DNA of 62,063 bases, filler included, from Nitrospinae bacterium RIFCSPLOWO2_12_FULL_45_22 (GTDB lineage Bacteria; 2-12-FULL-45-22), in NCBI GenBank assembly GCA_001803565.1. It is 6 parts of 6 records of this genome, joined end to end, with 100 filler letters (N's around TTAATTAATTAA, not from the genome) between each part and the next. Parts side by side here need not be neighbours in the genome. Positions count along the whole stretch, not along the records: positions 25,332 to 31,050 come from MHDQ01000297.1; positions 31,151 to 37,463 come from MHDQ01000298.1; 4 more parts are not named here. One strand, given 5' to 3'. Numbering within the stretch: position 1 is the stretch's first letter; each line of letters begins with the position of its first letter. Made by a program: the position numbers and the translations under genes. Shown here piece by piece: positions 26,426 through 35,099 of this stretch. Below the pieces are notes generated by a model. The model was not told where the DNA came from and searched no databases. It saw nothing but the letters and a program-made list of their open reading frames with translations.

Positions 26426-27916
26426 ATGATGAAGACTACTATTAGGCAGAAGATGGCCTTTGGCTATACCGTAATGGTCTTACTGGTGGTAGTAGTTAGT
26501 TTGTATGCCATTACCCAGTTAAACCGGCTAAATAGATTTATCAATACCGCCCTTACGGTAGACTCTGAGATGCTAAATCTTACCGAAGACCTGATAAACT
26601 CCATTTTTATACAGGTCAGCCATGAAAAAAAATTTTTGATAACGAAAGATATGGCCTTCCAAAGACTCTTCGAGGAGAAAGAGAAGGAATTCAGTGATAA
26701 GTTAAATACTTTAGCTGAGATAGCTGATTCCCAGGAAAAAAAAGGTTTGCTCGAACAAATACGATCTTTATATGACCAGTATCTCTCTCTGGTAAAGGGT
26801 GAATTTAAGGCTGCTACCCTGGAACATAAAAGTAACGAAGCTAGAAAACAGGCCCTGGTGGATTCCGTCACCGAAAAGATAAAACAACTGACAGAAGTCG
26901 CTCAGCTTTCTCTTAATAAGAAGATGGTGGCTTCCCAAAAAGTAGGGCTAAGGGGGGCTCGTCTGGCGATAATTATTACCGTGTTAGCCGTAATCTTTGG
27001 CTCTGCCTTCGCCTTCTTCATCACCCAGGGAATCTGCTTGCCTGTCCAACGGTTAAAGGAAGGTACCTACCATATAGCCCAGGGCGATTTTAGTAAAAAG
27101 ATAGAGCTGAAGAGCCAGGATGAAATAGGCGAACTGTCCGCAGCATTTAATGCCATGTGTGATCGGCTGAGGGAATTGGATCAACTCAAAGTAGATTTTG
27201 TCTCCAATATTACCCATGACTTAAAGACCCCCCTTTCCTCTATAGCGGAAGCTAATCAGCTTATGCTGGATGGTGTTAGTGGTCCCCTCTCACCTCAGCA
27301 GAAACACCTGGTAAACATCATTAAGGAAGATACTGCTCGGCTCACCCGGCTTATTGATAACCTCTTGGACCTGTCTAAAATGGAGGTCGGTATGCTAAAA
27401 TACGATTTAAAACCAGGGAATATTTCTCCGCTAGTAAAAGAGAGTATAGAATTTATCAGGTTACTGGCCGAGCGCAAAAAGATTCGGGTAAGCTATTCTG
27501 AAGAGGGGATTCTTCCCATGGTTTTATTAGATGGAGAGAAGATGGATCAGGTGCTAATAAACTTATTGAGCAATGCTATAAAATTTACCCCTGAAGGAGG
27601 TAAGGTAATTATCCAGACCAAGGGAGTGAGGGAATTCCCGATTAATGGTAAAGGGATAACCCTCTCAGAAGACGAGGCTATCCAGCTTAGTATTACTGAT
27701 ACCGGTATAGGCATTGCCCGAGAGGATATCACTCGGGTATTTGATAAATTTTATCAGAGCGGTTCAGGCTCAAATAAGAAAGGGGGCGCGGGCTTGGGGT
27801 TAACTATCGCCCGGCATATAATCCAGGCCCATGGGGGTCAGATCTGGGCTGAAAGCGAACCGGATAAAGGTAGTGTCTTCTATCTACTATTACCAGCGCT
27901 GCAGGAGGATGCCTGA
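26426..27916 (+). CDS. HAMP sensor histidine kinase (GlrK/QseE-like)
   Basis: Two TMs with helical periplasmic domain, HAMP, THDLKTPL, NLLSNAIKFTP, GAGLGL. Confidence 0.9.
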   Translation: MMKTTIRQKMAFGYTVMVLLVVVVSLYAITQLNRLNRFINTALTVDSEMLNLTEDLINSIFIQVSHEKKFLITKDMAFQRLFEEKEKEFSDKLNTLAEIADSQEKKGLLEQIRSLYDQYLSLVKGEFKAATLEHKSNEARKQALVDSVTEKIKQLTEVAQLSLNKKMVASQKVGLRGARLAIIITVLAVIFGSAFAFFITQGICLPVQRLKEGTYHIAQGDFSKKIELKSQDEIGELSAAFNAMCDRLRELDQLKVDFVSNITHDLKTPLSSIAEANQLMLDGVSGPLSPQQKHLVNIIKEDTARLTRLIDNLLDLSKMEVGMLKYDLKPGNISPLVKESIEFIRLLAERKKIRVSYSEEGILPMVLLDGEKMDQVLINLLSNAIKFTPEGGKVIIQTKGVREFPINGKGITLSEDEAIQLSITDTGIGIAREDITRVFDKFYQSGSGSNKKGGAGLGLTIARHIIQAHGGQIWAESEPDKGSVFYLLLPALQEDA

Positions 27917-28626
27917 TGAAGCAAAGAAAGGTAGGTTGGTGTTCGGTTAGGATATCTTTAATCTGGGCCTCTATAATAGGATTAATAGCATGCAGCCAGA
28001 TTACAACGGGACTTTATAATGGATATCAAGGGACGGGCAGTGAGGCCAGACATTATACCTTAGTTCAGAAATACTATCGCCAGGGAGATTATCAGCGCTC
28101 GTTAGAAGAAAGCCTCACCCTTATATCCCAATACCCTAAGAGTAATCTCTATGATAAGGCCCTGTTTTATGCTGCCTTAAATAAATTGCATCTGGGGAGT
28201 CCTGATGGCGACTATAGCGAAGCTAGCAGTTATTTTAAGCGATTAGCGCAGGAATGCCCCAATAGCCTCTTGCAGGCTGAGAGTAATACCTGGATAGCGG
28301 TCCTTGCCGCTCTCTCCCTTAGAGATAACGAGATAGCTGCCTTGCAGAAGGAACTAGGGGAAAAGAAAAGTCGGCTGGCCCTCTTCCAGGAAGAGAAGGC
28401 AGAAACCATGCAGCAGTTGAAGGGAGAGATGGAGCTTAAGGTAAAGCAGTTGCAGCGGAAGAAGAGCCGCGAAATTGCCCAGTTGCAAAAGGAAATGAAT
28501 CGGCTCAGGAAAGAGCTAGAGCTCTTAAAGAAGGTAGATGTTCAATTAGAGCAAAGAAAAAAGGATTTAAGAAAATCGGGAACCGCAGGGCATGACAAAG
28601 GAAAAAATCCTGGTAGTAGACGATGA
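27916..28626 (+). CDS. TPR/coiled-coil lipoprotein (QseG/YfhG-like position)
   Basis: Lipobox LIA-C, TPR-like helices, C-terminal coiled coil ending LKKVDVQLEQRKK; lies between kinase and regulator. Confidence 0.7.
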   Translation: MKQRKVGWCSVRISLIWASIIGLIACSQITTGLYNGYQGTGSEARHYTLVQKYYRQGDYQRSLEESLTLISQYPKSNLYDKALFYAALNKLHLGSPDGDYSEASSYFKRLAQECPNSLLQAESNTWIAVLAALSLRDNEIAALQKELGEKKSRLALFQEEKAETMQQLKGEMELKVKQLQRKKSREIAQLQKEMNRLRKELELLKKVDVQLEQRKKDLRKSGTAGHDKGKNPGSRR

Positions 28627-29971
28627 GCCTAATATCCTTGATCTGATAAAGATACGGCTGGAGTCTCAAGGGTATGAGGTAATCCCCGCAGACGAGGGGG
28701 AGACGGCCCTAGCCCGAGCCCGAGACGTGGTCTTAGACCTGGCTATTATGGACCTTAAACTAGGTCAAGGAGAAGATGGCCTCGGTATTATGGAAAAGCT
28801 GCTCCTCATTAACCCCCATATACCGGTTATTATCCTGACCGCTCATGGGAGTATTGCTAATGCCGTTGAGGCCATGAAAAAAGGGGCATATAGCTACCTG
28901 ACAAAGCCTTATAAACCGGATGAGCTACTCCTCCATGTGAAAAAGGCCCTGGAAAAACAGCGCTTAACCCGAGAGATAGCTAATCTAAGGACGATATTGG
29001 AGGAGCGGTTCCAGATCAAGAATATTATTGGCCGCAGCCCCAGGATGGAGGAGATCTTTTGTCAGATAGAACGGGCAGCCCGGACCGAGGCCACTATTGC
29101 CCTTTATGGCGAGAGCGGTACTGGCAAAGAACTTATCGCCAAGACCATCCATTTACAGAGTCCCAGGGCTAAAGGGCCTTTTGTGCCCATCAATTGCGGG
29201 GCCTTGCCTGAAAGCCTTTTAGAGAATGAGCTCTTTGGTCATATAAAGGGGGCTTATACCGATGCCCGAGAATCTAAAGAAGGACTCTTTGCCCAGGCCG
29301 ATGGTGGTACCATCTTTCTCGATGAGATAGGCGATACCACCCAGGCCCTCCAGGTAAAGTTATTACGGGTACTGCAAGAAAAGGAGTTTAAACCCTTGGG
29401 CGGAGAGCGGATCGTAAAGGTCAATGTGCGGGTTATCATAGCCTCTCATAAAGACCTTAAGCGGGCGGTAGAAAAAGGGGAGTTCCGGGAAGACCTCTTT
29501 TACCGTATCCATGTTGTGCCCATCTACCTGCCACCATTACGAGAGAGGAGGGAAGACATCCCTCTCCTGGCCGATCATTTCCTTAAAAAGTATGGCCAGG
29601 AAATGGCTAAAGAAATCAGGGGTTTTACCCCCGCCGCTATGCAGAAAATGATGCTTTATCACTGGCCCGGCAATATTCGGGAGTTGGAAAATACTATCGA
29701 ACGGGCCGTGGTCTTAATTACCCATGATCTTATCTCGGTGGAAGACCTTTTCCCTCTGGTAGACTCCCAGGAAAAGGGAACGGACGGCCGCGATAAGGGT
29801 AGTCTCCTATCTTACAAAGAGGCCAAAGAAGAATTTGAAAAACAATACCTGGCCCAAATATTGCGCCAGACCCGAGGGAATGTCAGGCAGGCTGCTAAAC
29901 TAGCCAACTACCGGGGTGACCTATACCGCTTAATGAAGAAATACGCCCTGAAGGCCCATGATTTTAAGTAG
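28592..29971 (+). CDS. Sigma54-dependent response regulator (GlrR/QseF-like)
   Basis: REC (VVDDE, MDL, LTAHGSI, KP), GESGTGKE, GAYTDA, WPGNIREL, C-terminal HTH. Confidence 0.92.
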   Translation: MTKEKILVVDDEPNILDLIKIRLESQGYEVIPADEGETALARARDVVLDLAIMDLKLGQGEDGLGIMEKLLLINPHIPVIILTAHGSIANAVEAMKKGAYSYLTKPYKPDELLLHVKKALEKQRLTREIANLRTILEERFQIKNIIGRSPRMEEIFCQIERAARTEATIALYGESGTGKELIAKTIHLQSPRAKGPFVPINCGALPESLLENELFGHIKGAYTDARESKEGLFAQADGGTIFLDEIGDTTQALQVKLLRVLQEKEFKPLGGERIVKVNVRVIIASHKDLKRAVEKGEFREDLFYRIHVVPIYLPPLRERREDIPLLADHFLKKYGQEMAKEIRGFTPAAMQKMMLYHWPGNIRELENTIERAVVLITHDLISVEDLFPLVDSQEKGTDGRDKGSLLSYKEAKEEFEKQYLAQILRQTRGNVRQAAKLANYRGDLYRLMKKYALKAHDFK

Positions 29972-29984
29972 GGAAAAAGCATCC

Positions 29985-30028
29985 TCTGCCTCAAAATAGA
30001 GACATCTGCCTCAAAATAGAGACATCTG
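29985..30028 (+). promoter_or_regulatory. Tandem 20-bp repeat, putative enhancer sites TGCC-N10-GACA
   Basis: TCTGCCTCAAAATAGAGACA x2; resembles the GlrR site TGTC-N10-GACA; ~160 bp upstream of a sigma54 promoter. Confidence 0.65.
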
Positions 30029-30185
30029 GCTCTGCCTAACTGCTGTCTAGCTTCTGCCATATATGCCGGGTGAGTATGAAGCAGAAATGAGGCAAAGGAT
30101 ACTAGCTTTCCGGTTTAGAATCAGCGGCTAGAAATATCCCTTCCCTGCCAGTCAGCCTAGGCCTCAGAGCCCTTTCATATCACCT

Positions 30186-30201
30186 TGGCACAACCTTTGC
30201 T
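30186..30201 (+). promoter_or_regulatory. Sigma54 -24/-12 promoter
   Basis: TGGCAC-AACCT-TTGCT matches the consensus TGGCAC-N5-TTGC. Confidence 0.85.
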
Positions 30202-30233
30202 CTTTATAACTAGACATAATCGGCCTAATCTTT

Positions 30234-30342
30234 AGGAGGCCATCAAACAAATCCGCCCAGGTAGTCGAGGGGATCCTCGACTGGATAAGAATTATGCAGG
30301 GCTCTGATGAGGCCTGCACGGGGGATTGGGTGATGGTTTCCT
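30234..30342 (+). ncRNA. Candidate structured leader RNA/sRNA
   Basis: Closing stem AGGAGGCCATCA/TGATGGTTTCCT plus hairpins AGTCGAGG-GGAT-CCTCGACT and TGCAGGGCTC-TGAT-GAGGCCTGCA. Confidence 0.5.
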
Positions 30343-30374
30343 TGAAATTTAAAGTAGAGAGGAGGTGATATTTA

Positions 30375-30695
30375 ATGGTACGAAGAATGTTAGCCGTTAT
30401 AATCTCCCTGGCAGTGATGGTGGCCTTTACCATGCCAGTTTTGGCCCAGGAGGAAGCCCCGACAGCCCAGACTGTGAAGGGTAAGGTGGAGAAGCTGGAT
30501 AAGGAAGGCAAGAAAGTCACTATTGCTGGGACTGAGTACGACCTGAGTGAGGAGGCTGCTGCTGTTGAAGTAGCCGAAGGTGATGAGGTAGAAGCAACCG
30601 TAGAAGGTACTACCGTAAAGACCCTCGCTAAGGCTGCTGCTCCGGCAGAGGCACCAGCTCCCGCTGAGGCTCCCGCTGAGGCCCCGGCTGAGTAA
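30375..30695 (+). CDS. Small secreted beta-rich protein with Ala/Pro/Glu tail
   Basis: SD AGGAGGTG, signal peptide VLA-Q, TVKGKVEKLD...GDEVEATV, APAE repeats. Confidence 0.85.
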   Translation: MVRRMLAVIISLAVMVAFTMPVLAQEEAPTAQTVKGKVEKLDKEGKKVTIAGTEYDLSEEAAAVEVAEGDEVEATVEGTTVKTLAKAAAPAEAPAPAEAPAEAPAE

Positions 30696-30746
30696 CCGGT
30701 AAAGGAAGGCGAATAAACCGAGGTAATATCTAGCCTTCGTAAGCAT

Positions 30747-30783
30747 AAGGCCCTGTTTTAAAAGACAGGGCCTTTGTTTTTTT
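30747..30783 (+). terminator. Rho-independent terminator
   Basis: AAGGCCCTGT-TTTAAAAG-ACAGGGCCTT followed by TGTTTTTTT. Confidence 0.85.
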
Positions 30784-31050
30784 AGCCCCAAAATAAACCC
30801 TGCTTCTTCTATTCTTCACCCCTCAACCCCACTAAAACTACACGAATCGGTAAAAGTTTGGCTAAGTATTCAGTAAACCACGAGATTATCACAAGATTTT
30901 CCTCCTAATCCCTAAACTCTCCTTGCCAAAATTTAGTAGCAAACCAACCCTCTTCCTTGTAGCCTTCAAATAATTTAAACTGCCTATCTGCTTCGCTCAT
31001 GTTAAGTGTTAACAGTTTATTTTTATTGGCTTTGCATGAGTTGCTAAAGA

Positions 31051-31150
31051 NNNNNNNNNNNNNNNNNNNNNNNNNNNNNNNNNNNNNNNNNNNNTTAATT
31101 AATTAANNNNNNNNNNNNNNNNNNNNNNNNNNNNNNNNNNNNNNNNNNNN
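31051..31150. other. Artificial contig linker
   Basis: N44-TTAATTAATTAA-N44. Confidence 0.98.
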
Positions 31151-31371
31151 CAAGCCTTTTTTCCTCGAAGTCGCGAATCATATTCTCCGATCATTTCTCT
31201 CTTTCTTCGCATCTTGCGCCGTAACAGTTCAGGTTCTTTGTCATGAGGTTTGCGTCATGTCATTGCAGGCAGGGCCAGGAGAAAAAATTTCATGATGGTT
31301 GTCACCAGGAATCGGTATTAGCAGAAAAATAGGTTTAGGATGAATGATATATTACGGTAAAATAAAAAAAC

Positions 31372-31421
31372 TTGATTTTTGAATAATTAACTCATAGTAT
31401 GAGGTCTTGTTCATGATATGA
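31372..31421 (+). promoter_or_regulatory. Sigma70-type promoter with two TCAT-N3-ATGA palindromes
   Basis: TTGATT-17bp-TAGTAT; TCATAGTATGA (31392) and TCATGATATGA (31411). Confidence 0.5.
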
Positions 31422-31466
31422 GTATGCCATCAATTATGTCAGATCTTTTTTTAGGAGGCCTGAAAA

Positions 31467-33266
31467 ATGACAAAAATATTATTCACCACCCCATGTCAGC
31501 CATATCCAACACAATTCGAGAACGATTCTCTGACTGATGTTGCTTCCCAGAGGCTCTGTAAAGGTCAAGATATATTCACCTTAAGGGGCCATGTCCATTG
31601 CTATGGATTACACCTTATTGCCCAAAATATATCCCAGCCATCTATACTCCTGGAATATCCCTCCTGGGACTATTTTGAAAAAGAAGTAAGGAAGGGATAT
31701 GATTTTGTAGGAATAAGCTTTTTCCAGACCTGTACAGACATGGTTTTAGATATGTGCAAGATAATACGAAGAGTGGCCCCGGAAACCAAGATAGTCCTGG
31801 GCCATTATGGTGCATTAACCTTTAATGCCGCATTTCCGGAAGATTACAAGAAAGAGCATGCCGATTATGTCTGCATCGGAGAAGGGATTAAATTTTTCCG
31901 GACGCTTTTGGGCGAACCCTTAGATTCACCTATAAGCCAAAGTTATCTCCCTCGGTGTGGTGATAACTTACCCTGGTTAGATAGGCATCCGGGAGGAAAT
32001 AATTCCTTTGTGATTGCCGGACTGGGCTGCCCGAGTGGGTGTGATTTCTGTGCCACCACGGAGATGCATGCCAATGAGAGAATAATGCTCTATCCGCCGG
32101 ATAAGGTCTTTGAAGAGATAAAACGGATATACCGGTCTTTCCCCAATACTGTTCAGGTTACCGTATACGATGAAGACTTTCTCAAGTATACCGAAGAGGT
32201 GAGGGAACTTGGGAGACTTGTCCAGGAAGATAGCGAATTTGGCTTAAGAAAAATCAACTGGTTTGCCTTAAGCAGTATCGAGTCTTTGAATCAATACGAT
32301 TGGGATGAGCTGGCCCTTACGGGATTCGGGGGTACCTTTATTGGAATAGAGTCCAAATTCGCTCCGACTAGCGGTTATCAGAAGCGGACCGGTGATGCCA
32401 AAGAAACTATCGAAGAACTCCAGAAACGGGGTATAACCTGTCTGGGTGGGTTGATGCTGGGTTTTGATTTCCATGACCGGATAAATATTCACGAGGATAT
32501 TAACTACTACATTTCCCTGGGCCTCGTCTCACACCAAATAAGCAGGGTCTCACCCCTACCTGGGACCCCTCTCTGGTATCGGCTAAAAGAAGAAAACCGC
32601 TTATTTGATATCCCCTGGGTAGATCAGAATTTTTATGGTGGAGGGATGAAGTATAAGAATTTTGAGCCCCACGAGGTAGAGGCCCTTGTCCTGGAATCAT
32701 TAAAAAAGTACTATCAGACCTGGGGCCCCTCCCTCATGCGCCAATTCAGAGTGGATCTCAATGGATACGAATATTGCCATGCATCATCTCATCGGTTACT
32801 CAGGGAAGAAAGGGCAGAAAGGCATAAGGAATCGTGTGAGCGGTTATATCCCCTCCTGAGAGCAAGTGAACACTTTGCCCCGAACGGTATTGTCCGGCGG
32901 AAGATCAGGCAACTTGCGGAGCGATATACCAAAAACTTCGGTACACCCGCTCCTTCGCAAGAAATTATGTCGTACTATGTCTTGCTCAAGGCATTCCAGG
33001 CAAAAATCCGGGAAGGCATAGACCCCATCAACCGTCACCCCAAACAAGAACCCTTCAAGATATATAGATATGACAAGAATAATGGCCAATCCGAACCACC
33101 ATATAAGGTCTTGTACCCCAACAAAGATTATGGCTATGAGTTTTACCGGGACTGGAGAGGAATCAAAGAGCAAGGGTTTACTAAAGTCCTGGATTACATT
33201 GATAAGATTCTGGCGCCCGATAAGGCAGCAAAGACAACTACCTCCATGGATGTCAGGTGCAGATAA
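31467..33266 (+). CDS. Radical SAM protein with probable N-terminal cobalamin-binding domain
   Basis: GCPSGCDFC motif; YDFVGISF..KIVLGHYGA..DYVCIGEG; FIGIES, LMLGFD, PLPGTPLW. Confidence 0.85.
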   Translation: MTKILFTTPCQPYPTQFENDSLTDVASQRLCKGQDIFTLRGHVHCYGLHLIAQNISQPSILLEYPSWDYFEKEVRKGYDFVGISFFQTCTDMVLDMCKIIRRVAPETKIVLGHYGALTFNAAFPEDYKKEHADYVCIGEGIKFFRTLLGEPLDSPISQSYLPRCGDNLPWLDRHPGGNNSFVIAGLGCPSGCDFCATTEMHANERIMLYPPDKVFEEIKRIYRSFPNTVQVTVYDEDFLKYTEEVRELGRLVQEDSEFGLRKINWFALSSIESLNQYDWDELALTGFGGTFIGIESKFAPTSGYQKRTGDAKETIEELQKRGITCLGGLMLGFDFHDRINIHEDINYYISLGLVSHQISRVSPLPGTPLWYRLKEENRLFDIPWVDQNFYGGGMKYKNFEPHEVEALVLESLKKYYQTWGPSLMRQFRVDLNGYEYCHASSHRLLREERAERHKESCERLYPLLRASEHFAPNGIVRRKIRQLAERYTKNFGTPAPSQEIMSYYVLLKAFQAKIREGIDPINRHPKQEPFKIYRYDKNNGQSEPPYKVLYPNKDYGYEFYRDWRGIKEQGFTKVLDYIDKILAPDKAAKTTTSMDVRCR

Positions 33267-33350
33267 AGACATCCCCAAATATATTCATATTACCATTATG
33301 CAGGAACTTATCTTAAACTCTCGGATGAGACAGATAAAAGGAGAATAAAA

Positions 33351-34493
33351 ATGCTAAATTTTGCCTTCACTGATGAGCAAGAACTTTTCCGGAAGTCCGT
33401 AAGGAAGTTTGCCCAGACAGAGCTGGCCCCAGGCTATTTGGAACGGGCAAAGAGTGATGAATTCCCCTGGAAAATAGTAGAGATGATGAAGAGGCAGGGG
33501 CTCTTTGCTATAAACCTTGACCCAAAATATGGCGGCCAGGGGGCAGATCATGTAACGACTGGTATTGCCATAGAGGAGATAGCCAGGGCCGATTTTAATG
33601 CTGTTTTCTGTATCGGCGTAGGGGGCCCGTTAGAAAAATTTGGTACCGAGGAACAGAGGCAAGAATGGTTAACCAGGATGGGCCGAGGGGAATGTTTCAT
33701 AGGAATAGCCCTCACGGAACCCGATTGTGGCTCAGATGCGGCTGCCATCAGAACCACTGCGGTAAGGGACGGAGATGACTATATTATCAATGGGGAAAAG
33801 AGCTCTATTTCCGGCGTTACCTGGATGCATGCCTACTATTTATATGCTAAAACTGATCCGAAAGCCGGTGCCAGAGGTGTAAGCTGTTTCATCCTCCCCA
33901 AGGATATGCCCGGAGTGACTGCCTCCCGGTTCCGTGATCTGGGCTGTCGCCCCATAGGTCGCGGGACATTGGCCCTGGAAGATGTACGGCTGCCGGTGAA
34001 GAATCTGATAGGGAAAGAAGGGATGGGTTTTAAGATGGTTATGGGAGAATTTGACTTTATTCGGGTCTTCATCGCCTTACAATGCCTTGGGGCGGCCCAG
34101 GCCTCCCTGGAAGAAGCCATTACTTACGCCAAGGAAAGGCATGCCTTTGGCCGACCCATTGCCAGGTTTGAAGGGGTCTCTTTTCCTATTGCTGAACACT
34201 ATACCCTGTTGGAAGCCGCTAAGCTCCTTTGCTACAAAGCCCTATGGCTAAGGGATCAGAATCTCCCCCACACCAAAGAGGCGGCCATGGTTAAATGGTG
34301 GGCACCCAGGCTATCAGTAGATATTATTCACAATTGCCTCCTTATCCACGGCCATTCGGGTTATTCTGATGAATTTCCTCTAGAGCAACGATTACGGGAT
34401 GTCATTGGATTTCAGATCGCTGATGGAACTGCCCAGATCCAAAAGATTGTGGTAGCCAGGGAGATCATTGGCCGTGATTATCTCCCTTATTGA
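33351..34493 (+). CDS. Acyl-CoA dehydrogenase (cyclohexanecarboxyl-CoA dehydrogenase-like)
   Basis: ALTEPDCGSDAA, INGEKSSIS, RHAFGRPI, HGHSGYS, IADGTAQIQK. Confidence 0.9.
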   Translation: MLNFAFTDEQELFRKSVRKFAQTELAPGYLERAKSDEFPWKIVEMMKRQGLFAINLDPKYGGQGADHVTTGIAIEEIARADFNAVFCIGVGGPLEKFGTEEQRQEWLTRMGRGECFIGIALTEPDCGSDAAAIRTTAVRDGDDYIINGEKSSISGVTWMHAYYLYAKTDPKAGARGVSCFILPKDMPGVTASRFRDLGCRPIGRGTLALEDVRLPVKNLIGKEGMGFKMVMGEFDFIRVFIALQCLGAAQASLEEAITYAKERHAFGRPIARFEGVSFPIAEHYTLLEAAKLLCYKALWLRDQNLPHTKEAAMVKWWAPRLSVDIIHNCLLIHGHSGYSDEFPLEQRLRDVIGFQIADGTAQIQKIVVAREIIGRDYLPY

Positions 34494-34575
34494 CTTTATC
34501 AATCCTCCTTTTTATGCGGCGCGTAACTTGACATTGTCACATTTGCCATGTCATATTGTGCTAAAATAATTTGGG

Positions 34576-34705
34576 TGTGGCTATTCTTTGTCATAACGCC
34601 TATATAATATAATTTGTAGCAGTCGAGCTTGCTCGACTTTATTTGCAGAGCAAGCTCTGCCACTACCCTGCCTGTGCCGGAGTCACGGCAAGCAGGCATT
34701 GATAA
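34576..34705 (+). repeat. ~130-bp composite repeat, copy 2
   Basis: Near-identical to 12560-12690. Confidence 0.9.
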
Positions 34706-34824
34706 TGGATTTCTGACCGAAAATAGCCATACCCAAGTTTGGTTATTGATTTAACCTGGATTGATCACCTGGTCAAACCGGGCTAGAAGTATAGGCTCTA
34801 TTTACCTAATAGGGGAGGGCAATT

Positions 34825-35091
34825 ATGGAAGCTTTCCAGGCTGTGGAATTGGCGGTGCCTTTATGGCAACTAGCCGGGTTTGTAGCGTTAACTACCTTCT
34901 TTATGCTGTTCCATAAAACCAAGTTATGTTTGATTACCTCCTATTTATTTTCCTTTTACTGGGGCCTAATCTATAACGAAAGTACCATTTCTACCTTATT
35001 AGATGGTTCTTCTTTCACCCTGATGGTATATCTGGCATGCGGGTTGGCCTTCGTGTTCCTGGTTATTATAGCATGGATGACCACTGATTAA
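34825..35091 (+). CDS. Small membrane protein
   Basis: SD GGGGAGG, three hydrophobic segments. Confidence 0.75.
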   Translation: MEAFQAVELAVPLWQLAGFVALTTFFMLFHKTKLCLITSYLFSFYWGLIYNESTISTLLDGSSFTLMVYLACGLAFVFLVIIAWMTTD

Positions 35092-35099
35092 GCGATAGC

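Noticed and set aside
29985-30028. Tandem repeat as a CRISPR array
   Set aside because: Two abutting 20-bp units with no spacers and no cas genes; no CRISPR array was seen anywhere in the window
30234-30342. Assignment of the structured leader to a known riboswitch or tRNA
   Set aside because: No conserved c-di-GMP, TPP, SAM, cobalamin or tRNA motifs recognisable; kept only as an unassigned candidate
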